A stretch of DNA of 45,320 nucleotides from NCBI GenBank assembly GCA_031393795.1, contig JANMWE010000217.1:1-45320 (forward strand), given 5' to 3'. The notes beneath the pieces were generated by a model. The model was not told the origin of the DNA and did not search any database. It worked only from the letters and a program-made list of their open reading frames with translations. The position numbers and the translations under genes are program-made. Source of the stretch: Gemmatimonadota bacterium (GTDB lineage Bacteria > Gemmatimonadota > Gemmatimonadetes > Gemmatimonadales > GWC2-71-9). Positions 7,060 through 15,092 of this stretch are shown here, in pieces; the stretch's first letter is position 1; the number at the start of each line of letters is the position of its first letter.

Positions 7060-8607
7060 GTGTACAGTCGTCGCACTCGGGCGTTTGGCGCCCTGCTCGC
7101 CACACTCATCGTCGGTGCTTGCACCGAGACCCAATTCGTGGAACGCGATCCAGTGAATCCACCGCCCGATGCGGCGAGCGGATTCGTGGGCTACTTCGAC
7201 GCGAGCACCAAGCTCACCACCTGCGGCAATTGCCACGTGACGCACCAGGGAAAGTGGGAGACCACCGCCCACGCGTCGGCGTGGGCCGCCCTCCCGGTGA
7301 ACGCCCCCGCGTACTGCGCGGGATGTCACACGGTCAACGAGGCCGGCAACAGCGTCGACTCGGCCGCCGGCTACAACAAGGTCAAGAGCGACGCCTACCA
7401 CGACGTGCAATGTGAAAGCTGCCATGGCCCCGGCTTCGCGCACGCAACGAACCCGGACGGCAGCACGCCGCCGCTGGCGCATATCGGAGTGACGCAGGAT
7501 CCTACCGCCTCCTGCGCCTCCTGCCACACCGGCACGCACGCCCCGTTCGCCGAGCAGTGGGCCGCCTCCGGCCACAACGACTCGGTCGGGATGGCGTATC
7601 CGGCCGCCAACCCGAGCTGCCAGAGCTGCCACGAAGGGCGCGCGGCGATCCGGAAGTTCAACGGCAACCAGAATACCCGGTATATCGACTCGGTCGGTAC
7701 CAAGACGATCGTCTGCGTCGTCTGCCACGACCCACACGGCAGCAAGAACGTGGCTCAGCTCCGCGCGCCGCTCGACACGCCGGACCCGACCCAGAACCTC
7801 TGCATGCAGTGCCACCTCCGGAACGCCACGGCCACGCCGACGTTCACCCGCGGTGGCCGGAGCGCCCACTCCTCCCAGGGTCCCATCCTCCTCGGCGAAG
7901 GCGCCGGCTGGATGCCCCCGGGCTTCTTCTTCGACTCGGCCGGCGCGTACGCGACCCACGGGTCGACCGCCAACCCGCGCCTCTGCGCCGGCTGTCACGT
8001 GAACCGGTTCACGGTCACAGATTCGAGCGGCTTCGTGTTCCAGTCGACGGGGCACCTCTTCAAGCCGACCCCGTGCGTGGATGCCACCGGCGTTCCCGTG
8101 GCCGACAATACCTGCGCCTACTCCTCCACCACCCGCAACTGGGCAGCGTGCACCACCTGCCACGCCAGCGCCTCGGTGGTCGCCAACCTCTTCAATACCG
8201 AGCGGAACACCGTCCGCACGCTGGTCCGGACCCTCTGGTATGACGTGAACGGGAACAAGGTGCTCGACGCCTACCCGACCGACAGTGGCTACCTGGCCCA
8301 AGTCTGGGCCACGACGCCGTCCCAATTCAACAGCACCAACGCGCTGACCCCGGCAGAAGGCGCGCTCTTCAACACGATGATGCTGGCCGAGAAGACCCAG
8401 TACGACCACGCGGACGGTTCGTACGGGGTGCACAACCCGTTCTACTACGAGGGGCTCCTGAGCGCCTCGATCGCAGCCGTCCAGTCGACCTATGGGCTCG
8501 CGCCGCCGGCACCCGCGACCCAGGCGATCATGGATCATGCCCTGTCACGCCCGGCGGTGCGCTACGCACCACCGGCAGGGGCAGTCCGGGTGGCCGCTCG
8601 GCGGTGA
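7060..8607 (+). CDS. Nonahaem c-type cytochrome, predicted lipoprotein
   Basis: Signal peptide with lipobox-like IVGAC. Nine CXXCH sites: CGNCH, CAGCH, CESCH, CASCH, CQSCH, CVVCH, CMQCH, CAGCH, CTTCH. The first site has a c554-like context (CGNCHVTHQGKWETTAHASAW). Confidence 0.85.
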   Translation: MYSRRTRAFGALLATLIVGACTETQFVERDPVNPPPDAASGFVGYFDASTKLTTCGNCHVTHQGKWETTAHASAWAALPVNAPAYCAGCHTVNEAGNSVDSAAGYNKVKSDAYHDVQCESCHGPGFAHATNPDGSTPPLAHIGVTQDPTASCASCHTGTHAPFAEQWAASGHNDSVGMAYPAANPSCQSCHEGRAAIRKFNGNQNTRYIDSVGTKTIVCVVCHDPHGSKNVAQLRAPLDTPDPTQNLCMQCHLRNATATPTFTRGGRSAHSSQGPILLGEGAGWMPPGFFFDSAGAYATHGSTANPRLCAGCHVNRFTVTDSSGFVFQSTGHLFKPTPCVDATGVPVADNTCAYSSTTRNWAACTTCHASASVVANLFNTERNTVRTLVRTLWYDVNGNKVLDAYPTDSGYLAQVWATTPSQFNSTNALTPAEGALFNTMMLAEKTQYDHADGSYGVHNPFYYEGLLSASIAAVQSTYGLAPPAPATQAIMDHALSRPAVRYAPPAGAVRVAARR

Positions 8608-10586
8608 CCCTGTCGGTCGCCTGGTCCACCCTGCAGACCGCCGCCCCGCTCGGGGCGGCGGTCTCAGCGTCTCAACAGGTCCCGCACGACGCCCTCGACT
8701 CGGTCGTCGTGCACTCGCCGGTCCCCGATCCCCTCATTCCGTTCGTCCAGTTCATCTTCCAGCAGCCAGGATGGGTGCTGGGCATGGAGATCCTCCTGGC
8801 CGGCGCCATCGGCGCGGCGACCGTCTGGTACATGTGGACCCGCAGGCTCTGGATGGTCGGGTGGTTCCGCGGCACGTCGCGCGGGGCCCAGGCCGCGTTC
8901 GTGGGCGCCAACGTCACGGTGGTCCTTGTCGCCGTCAGCGCGGGGCTCTACGGCCACAACTACGCGTTGCACGACAACGACTTCTGCAAGGGATGTCACA
9001 TTTTCGTCCCGAGCGGACAGGCGTGGGTGCGGCCCGATACCGGCAATTACCTCCTGGTCAACGCGCTCGAAGGGAAGCACGACACCCTCTCGTGCCATTC
9101 CTGCCACCCATTCGAGCTCGGGACGCAGACCAAGGAACTGCTCTTCTGGATCGCCGACCGGCCCGACCAGGTACCGCCGCACGGCCGGGTCCCCCGCGCG
9201 ATCTGTGAAGGGTGTCACGTCCAGGGCGAGGCCAAGAAATCGTGGCAGCAGATCGCGGCGACGGCGGGTCACTCGGTCCACCTTGCACAGGACAGCGCCA
9301 AGACGGGCGGTCGCATCCAGTGCCTGACCTGCCACGCCCGGACCGCACACCGCTTCGAGGCGCGGGACTCCACCTGCGCAATGAGCGGATGTCACGTCAC
9401 CAGCGACATCCGGCTCGGCCGGATGGCGTCGCAGACCAATCTGCATTGCACCCTCTGCCATCAATTCACGGCGGACCACGCCCCCGACATCTCCTCCGAC
9501 TCGGCCAAGGGACTGCTGATCCCCGGGGGCAAGCAATGCCTCGCCTGTCATGGAATGCAGCAGCTCACCGTCTCGCTCGACTTCTCCAAGGACCCCCACA
9601 ACGCCAAGTGCGGCACCTGCCACAACCCGCACAAACAGACCCGCCCGGCCGACGCCGACTCCACCTGCGCCTCGTGCCACACCAAGTGGCGGGAGGTGGC
9701 CTTCCACACCGGGGCGATCCACCGCGGGGCGGTCCGGCCGACCGCCTGCACCCAGTGCCACCAGGCCCACGCCGCCCGGGTGGACGCGAGCGACTGCACT
9801 GGATGTCACGCCGAGATGCGGAAATCTCGGAGCGGCCACCCAGCGCTGGTCCCCCCGCTCCCATTTGACACCACCGCGACGCTCCGTACCAGCGCATTGC
9901 CGCCCGTGCCACCGCCCCGCGAACCGCGGGGCAAGGGAGACGCCCCGGTCGCCGACGAGCCTCCGTGGCCGACCGACACATTCGCCCACGCCCGCCATCA
10001 ACGCCTTCCCTGCCTCACCTGCCACGTCCCCCGCTCCACGCAGAAGTTGACCTTCGAACCGGGCCGCGGCTGCCAGATCTGTCATCATCAGGCGCCGGAT
10101 CGGAACAACTGCGCCACCTGTCACACTCCGGAGGAACTCGCCGCGCGCGCGCGCGTCGTCACGGTGACGGTGACCGTGACCGACCGGTCCCCGCTCCCCC
10201 GTTCGGTGACGTTCGATCACGCGGCGCATCGATCGCAGGTGTGCACCGTCTGTCACACCACGGCCGTCACGCTCGCCCCGGCGGCCGAGGCGGTCACCTG
10301 CTCAGCGTGCCACGCGCAGCACACCGCCGGCACCGCGAACTGTGCGACCTGCCATTCCACGGCCGAGTCCTCCCGCGCCCACGCCCCACCGGCCGATGCC
10401 CATCGCGCCTGCGCCGCGTGCCACAGCGCCGCCATCGTGGTCACCCTCACGCCCACGCGCACCCTCTGTCTCACCTGCCACACGCCCCAGCGCGACCACA
10501 AGCCGGGCGCGGAGTGCACCACTTGTCACCTCGGCGCCGACCCGACCAGCTACCGGTCGCGCCTCATCGCGGGAGCGACCCGGTGA
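8604..10586 (+). CDS. Membrane-anchored multihaem cytochrome (19 CXXCH + 1 CX4CH) with NapC/NirT/NrfH-like N-terminal module
   Basis: GTG 8604 overlaps the upstream TGA (GTGA). Two hydrophobic helices come first, then CKGCH, CHSCH, CEGCH and CLTCH in a NapC/NrfH-like arrangement, followed by 15 more CXXCH. CAMSGCH lies at 9375-9395. The exact start is uncertain. Confidence 0.8.
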   Translation: MTLSVAWSTLQTAAPLGAAVSASQQVPHDALDSVVVHSPVPDPLIPFVQFIFQQPGWVLGMEILLAGAIGAATVWYMWTRRLWMVGWFRGTSRGAQAAFVGANVTVVLVAVSAGLYGHNYALHDNDFCKGCHIFVPSGQAWVRPDTGNYLLVNALEGKHDTLSCHSCHPFELGTQTKELLFWIADRPDQVPPHGRVPRAICEGCHVQGEAKKSWQQIAATAGHSVHLAQDSAKTGGRIQCLTCHARTAHRFEARDSTCAMSGCHVTSDIRLGRMASQTNLHCTLCHQFTADHAPDISSDSAKGLLIPGGKQCLACHGMQQLTVSLDFSKDPHNAKCGTCHNPHKQTRPADADSTCASCHTKWREVAFHTGAIHRGAVRPTACTQCHQAHAARVDASDCTGCHAEMRKSRSGHPALVPPLPFDTTATLRTSALPPVPPPREPRGKGDAPVADEPPWPTDTFAHARHQRLPCLTCHVPRSTQKLTFEPGRGCQICHHQAPDRNNCATCHTPEELAARARVVTVTVTVTDRSPLPRSVTFDHAAHRSQVCTVCHTTAVTLAPAAEAVTCSACHAQHTAGTANCATCHSTAESSRAHAPPADAHRACAACHSAAIVVTLTPTRTLCLTCHTPQRDHKPGAECTTCHLGADPTSYRSRLIAGATR

Positions 10587-12067
10587 GCGCGCGCCGGGTC
10601 CTGGTGTCGATGGGCGCGGCGCTCGCGTTCGCCTCGAGCGCGCACGCGCAGGGCTGGCGCGTGCTCGTCGACACCCGCGCCCAGGCGACGAGCTACCGCG
10701 GATGGCGGGTGGACAGCATCCCGGCGAGCGACACCATCTCGGGGAGCACCGGAGGGCCGGAGACCCCGGATGGCTACGTCGCGCGTTGCGATGGAAGCGG
10801 CTTCTGCCGCTTCTGGCGCCCGGGCCCCGAGGCCCGCGGGATCCCGGTCGTGACCACGACCGATGCCACCGCCTGGGGACTCGGGATCGCCGGGCTCTCG
10901 CTGCACGGGCGGACGCGCCTCGGCGCCGACCTGGGCAAGGGTGACCCCTGGTATGGCCCGGACCGCGCGCTGGAGCTGGTGGAAGGGTACGCCGACCTCG
11001 ACCGGACCCACTACGAGCTCCGCGCCGGGCGACAGGTCGTCGCGGGTCGGCTCGGCTGGTGGGGGATCGACGGCGGCCGCGCCTGGCTCCGCGACCTCGC
11101 CCACGGGCTCGATGCATCCATCTATGGAGGGTGGGGGCTGGCGCGTTCCTCGAATCTCACGGCCACCAGCGCGGCACTCAACCCGCTCGGCGACTTCCAG
11201 ACCTCCCGCCGGCAGTCGGCAGTCGGCGCGACGGCGCGCTGGCAGACGACCCGGGGATCGCTCGAAGGGCAATACCATCGGGAGGTGAGTGGCGTCGACG
11301 GCGGCGTCGTCATCGAACGGGCGTCGGTGAGCGCCGAGGGAGTCATCTCCCGCGCGGTCGGTGTCACCGGGGGCGGGACCTACGACATCGCCAGCGGACT
11401 CTGGGGGAGCTGGGACCTCGGCGCGCGCGCATCGCTCGGTCCCTGGCATGCGACCGGACAGATCCGACAATACCGCCCCCTCTTCGATCTCTGGAGCGTC
11501 TGGCAGGCGTTCAGCCCCGTCCCCTATCACGCGGTGAACGGCAGCCTCGCCGTCCGACCGTTCCGCGCCATCGCGCTCCGGGTCACGGGTGAGCGGTATG
11601 CGTTCGACGCGACCGAGACCTCGACCCCGCTCGTCTCGATCGTAGATGCGGGGTGGCGGATGAGCGTCGGCGCGACATGGACGCCCCGCCCCGCGTTGAC
11701 GCTCGACGGTGAGGTCCGGCGTGAATTCGGCGTGGGTGCGTACGCCAACTCCATCCAGGGCAACGTCACCTGGATGCCCCGAGAGCGCTGGACCCTTCAC
11801 GCCGACGCAGGGCACCTCGAGCGTCCGCTCGAATACCGCTATGACGTGTCGACCCTGAACTGGCTTGGCGCCGGCGCCGACTGGCGCGCCGACGATCGCC
11901 TCGCGCTCGGGGTCGCCGCCGACAGCTGGAGCGAGACCCGCGCGCGCCCCGATGCCGCAGCGTTCTCCTGGGACCAGTTCCGGCTCTCGGCGCGCATCAC
12001 GTGGTTGCTCGTGTCGGACGCGGACCGGGTTCCCCTCCCTCCCGGCCGGCCGCGGAGCCCTCGATGA
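10583..12067 (+). CDS. Haem-free predicted outer-membrane beta-barrel (porin-like partner of the cytochromes)
   Basis: ORF 9965..12067 trimmed to GTG 10583 (GTGA overlap). Signal peptide MSARRVLVSMGAALAFASSAHA/QG. No CXXCH. Many amphipathic strand-like segments rich in W/Y/G/R (ELRAGRQVV, WRMSVGATWTP, LTLDGEVRREF, WTLHADAGHLE, LALGVAADSW, FRLSARITWLL). There are only two Cys (CDGSGFC). Confidence 0.65.
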   Translation: MSARRVLVSMGAALAFASSAHAQGWRVLVDTRAQATSYRGWRVDSIPASDTISGSTGGPETPDGYVARCDGSGFCRFWRPGPEARGIPVVTTTDATAWGLGIAGLSLHGRTRLGADLGKGDPWYGPDRALELVEGYADLDRTHYELRAGRQVVAGRLGWWGIDGGRAWLRDLAHGLDASIYGGWGLARSSNLTATSAALNPLGDFQTSRRQSAVGATARWQTTRGSLEGQYHREVSGVDGGVVIERASVSAEGVISRAVGVTGGGTYDIASGLWGSWDLGARASLGPWHATGQIRQYRPLFDLWSVWQAFSPVPYHAVNGSLAVRPFRAIALRVTGERYAFDATETSTPLVSIVDAGWRMSVGATWTPRPALTLDGEVRREFGVGAYANSIQGNVTWMPRERWTLHADAGHLERPLEYRYDVSTLNWLGAGADWRADDRLALGVAADSWSETRARPDAAAFSWDQFRLSARITWLLVSDADRVPLPPGRPRSPR

Positions 12068-13449
12068 AGCGCATCGTTCAGATGTTGGCGCTGCTCATGC
12101 TCGCCGCCACCAGTCCGCTCCTTACGCAGCGGAGTCCCGACCAGTTCGATCACGCCAAGCACGCAAAGCTCTTTCCCTCGTGCATCGCTTGTCACGCCGG
12201 CGCGGCGGACAGTACCGCGAAGCTCCTGCCTGACCCCGCGGTGCACTGCGCCACCTGTCACGACGGGCGCGATCAACGGACGGTCGATTGGTCGCCCCGG
12301 CCCGGGCCCCGCGCCTCGAACCTGCGATTCGACCATCAGGCCCATCCCAAGGGTGCTGACTGCCTGGCCTGCCACAGAGATGCGGGAGCGCCGTGGATGA
12401 CCGTCCGCGCGGCGACGCCGCAGCGGTGCTTCGCCTGTCACGGGACCCGGACCGAGCACCTCGCCCAGGCCGACTCCACCTGCGCTGTCTGCCACAGCCC
12501 ACTGGCGGAGACCCCGCCCGCGTTCACCGCCGCCCAGGTCGCCCATTTCCCCGCCCCTCCTTCGCACCAGGTGAGAGGCTACGGGTCGGACGGCGGGCAC
12601 GCGGCGGCGGCACGTGCAGGCGACCGGAGCTGTGCCACCTGTCACGCGCGCGACTTCTGCGCCGAGTGCCACGTGAGCGGCACCTCGGCTTCGATCGCCG
12701 CACTGGCCCAGGATCCTCGTTCGCTCGCGGTCAGGGTCGCGATGCAGCCCCCGGCATCGCACTCGCGCGGCAATTTCGAGCGGGCGCACGGCGGCCAGGC
12801 CCGTGCCTCGATCCAGGTCTGCGCGACCTGCCACACCCAGCCAAGCTGCACGGCGTGCCACGCTACTACGCCCACTGCCGCGCGGAATCTGGCACTCGTG
12901 GATCCAAGGCCAGGACACGTTCAGGACATCACACGCACCCCGCCCTCCACCCACCGCACCGCCAACTGGGCCTCCACGCACGGCTCCCTCGCCTCCGCGC
13001 GGCCGCAGAGCTGCGCCGCGTGTCACGCCCGGAGCGACTGCCTGGACTGTCATCGCGCCGACGCGGCGACCCGCGCGGGGAGCTACCACCCGACCGGCTT
13101 CCTCGCGAGCCACCCGGCCCAGGCGTACGGCCGCCAGAGTTCCTGCACCGACTGCCACAACACCCAGGCGTTCTGTCAGGACTGTCATCGCCAGGCCGGC
13201 GTCGTGGCCTCCGCGCGGCTGCAAGGAGGCTTCCACGACTCGAAGCAGGCGTTCTCCCTGGGACACGGTCAAGCGGCGCGCCAGAGCCTGGAGACCTGTG
13301 TCTCCTGTCACAGCGAGCGGGACTGCCTGGCCTGCCACTCGTCGGCGAGGGGCCGGGGATTCGATCCCCACGGACCGGGTTTCGATGCGGAGCGCTTGAA
13401 GAAGAAGAATCCGGGAATGTGCGTTGCGTGCCACGCGACGGTTCCGTGA
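12064..13449 (+). CDS. 16-haem periplasmic c-type cytochrome with doubled CXXCH motifs
   Basis: ORF 12001..13449 trimmed to ATG 12064 (ATGA overlap). Sec signal MKRIVQMLALLMLAATSP. 16 CXXCH sites, ten of them in five CXXCH-X4-5-CXXCH doublets (e.g. CATCHARDFCAECH). The N-terminus starts c7/c3-like (FDHAKHAKLFPSCIACH). Confidence 0.85.
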   Translation: MKRIVQMLALLMLAATSPLLTQRSPDQFDHAKHAKLFPSCIACHAGAADSTAKLLPDPAVHCATCHDGRDQRTVDWSPRPGPRASNLRFDHQAHPKGADCLACHRDAGAPWMTVRAATPQRCFACHGTRTEHLAQADSTCAVCHSPLAETPPAFTAAQVAHFPAPPSHQVRGYGSDGGHAAAARAGDRSCATCHARDFCAECHVSGTSASIAALAQDPRSLAVRVAMQPPASHSRGNFERAHGGQARASIQVCATCHTQPSCTACHATTPTAARNLALVDPRPGHVQDITRTPPSTHRTANWASTHGSLASARPQSCAACHARSDCLDCHRADAATRAGSYHPTGFLASHPAQAYGRQSSCTDCHNTQAFCQDCHRQAGVVASARLQGGFHDSKQAFSLGHGQAARQSLETCVSCHSERDCLACHSSARGRGFDPHGPGFDAERLKKKNPGMCVACHATVP

Positions 13450-13463
13450 TGGTGCGCAGAGTG

Positions 13464-13604
13464 CCGTGATTCATCGCGGAAGCCCGGGAACACGGAGTCA
13501 CGCGGAAAACATTATTGGGGCCCCACAGCGACGATCTCGCCCTGGGCCCCCAAAGTCCTATTCCGTGGAACTCCGAGCTTCTGCGCTTCCGCGATGAATC
13601 ACGG
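13464..13604. repeat. ~141-bp long inverted-repeat (MITE-like) element
   Basis: Perfect 20-bp arms CCGTGATTCATCGCGGAAGC (13464-13483) and GCTTCCGCGATGAATCACGG (13585-13604). The arms extend inward by ~24 nt at 17/24 identity. The central part contains GGGGCCCC / GGGCCCC. The right arm covers the glpK stop codon. Confidence 0.6.
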
Positions 13605-15092
13605 AGTTCGGCCATCCTGCGCCCATCCCAATGTCGCACGCACCGCCCGTTCCCAGGCGGCGCGTTGGCGCGTCCGTTCGGTCGCGTTCCAGGTCGGGGT
13701 GAAACGGGTGTAGTGGCGTCCCTGCTGGAACTCTCCGGCGGAGTGCCAGACCCCCAGGGCGAGCCCGGCGAGGCCGGCGGCACCGAGCGCGGTGGTCTCG
13801 ACCACGTCGGGGCGTTCGACGGAGGTGCCGAGCACATCGGCCTGGAACTGCATCAGCCAGTCGTTGGCCGCGGCGCCGCCATCGACCCGGAGGAGATCGA
13901 GGGGGCGGCCGGCATCGGCGGTCATCCCGCCGATGAGGTCGGCGCTCGAGTGCGCCATCGCTTCGAGCGCTGCCCGCACCAGGTGCGCCTTGGTGCTGCC
14001 GCGCGTGAGCCCGACGATCGTCCCCCGCGCTTCGGCATCCCAATAGGGAGCGCCGAGCCCCGCGAAAGCGGGCACGAAGGTGACGCCGCCGGTGTCGGGG
14101 ACGCTGCGTGCCAGCGCCTCGGTCTCGCCAGCCGTGGTGATGAGTCCCAGCCCGTCGCGGAGCCACTGGACCGCCGCACCCGCGATGAAGACCGACCCCT
14201 CGAGTGCGTACGCTGGCCGCCCATCGGCCCCGACCGCCGCGGTGGCAAGGAGGCCGTTGGCGGAGCGCGCCCGCGTGCCCGTGAATGCAAGCAGGAAGGC
14301 GCCGGTGCCGTAGGTGTTCTTCGCAGCTCCCGGCGCCGTGCAGCCCTGCCCGAAGAGGGCGGCCTGCTGGTCGCCGGCGATCCCCGCGACCGGAAGGGCG
14401 CGCCCGAACCATTCCGGGCTGCTCTCTCCCACGACGCCGCTCGACGGGACGATGGTCGGCAGGACCGCGCGCGGGATGCCGAAGAGCTCGAGGAGCTCGT
14501 CATCCCATTCCCGACGATCCAGATGATAGAGCAGTGTCCGCGACGCGTTGGTATGGTCGGTGACGTGGACCGCGCCCGCCGTGAGCCGCGCGACGATCCA
14601 GCTGTCGACCGTACCGGCGGCCAATTCCCCCGACTCCGCTCGGCGGCGCAGCACCGGGTCGCGCAGCAACCATTCGAGCTTGGTAGCGCTGAAGTACGGA
14701 TCGGGAACGAGCCCGGTCTTTTCGGTGAGCCACGCGGCCCGACCCTCGTCCCGCAACCGGCGACAGCGCTCGGCCGTGCGTCGATCCTGCCAGACGATGG
14801 CGCGCGCCACCGGCTGGAGGGTGGTGCGCTCCCAGAGGACGATGGTCTCGCGCTGGTTGGTGATGCCGATGCCTTGGACTTCTGCAAGCGAGACACCTGA
14901 GGCGCCCAGCGCCGCGCGGCCAGACTCGACCAGGGAGCGGAAAAGGTCTTCGGGGTCGTGCTCTACCCACCCCGGCTGCGGGAAGTACTGCGGGATCTCC
15001 TGATACCCGCGCCCCAGGACGCGGCCATCTTCGGCCACCACGAGCGCCCGGCTCCCGGTGGTCCCCTGGTCGAGGGCGAGGATCGCCTTCAC
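13599..15092 (-). CDS. glpK: Glycerol kinase
   Basis: ORF 13599..15794 trimmed to GTG 15092 (VKAILALDQGTTGSRALV...). Full-length FGGY/GlpK similarity (GITNQRETIVLWE, PYFSATKLEWLL, IAGDQQAALFGQGC, NTYGTGAF, VDGGAAANDWLMQFQAD). Confidence 0.9.
   Translation of the reverse strand: MKAILALDQGTTGSRALVVAEDGRVLGRGYQEIPQYFPQPGWVEHDPEDLFRSLVESGRAALGASGVSLAEVQGIGITNQRETIVLWERTTLQPVARAIVWQDRRTAERCRRLRDEGRAAWLTEKTGLVPDPYFSATKLEWLLRDPVLRRRAESGELAAGTVDSWIVARLTAGAVHVTDHTNASRTLLYHLDRREWDDELLELFGIPRAVLPTIVPSSGVVGESSPEWFGRALPVAGIAGDQQAALFGQGCTAPGAAKNTYGTGAFLLAFTGTRARSANGLLATAAVGADGRPAYALEGSVFIAGAAVQWLRDGLGLITTAGETEALARSVPDTGGVTFVPAFAGLGAPYWDAEARGTIVGLTRGSTKAHLVRAALEAMAHSSADLIGGMTADAGRPLDLLRVDGGAAANDWLMQFQADVLGTSVERPDVVETTALGAAGLAGLALGVWHSAGEFQQGRHYTRFTPTWNATERTRQRAAWERAVRATLGWAQDGRTP

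Noticed and set aside
10158-10181. The (GTSACS)4 hexanucleotide run as a phase-variation site.
   Set aside because: The repeat unit is a multiple of three, so slippage would only change the VT linker length. It is noted under the cytochrome finding instead.
6958-13434. Four long minus-strand ORFs (6958..8538, 8664..10256, 10550..11815, 11839..13434) opposite the cytochrome/porin cluster.
   Set aside because: The plus-strand frames carry 44 CXXCH motifs, signal peptides and coupled start/stop overlaps. The minus-strand products are R/G/A/P-rich with no motifs.
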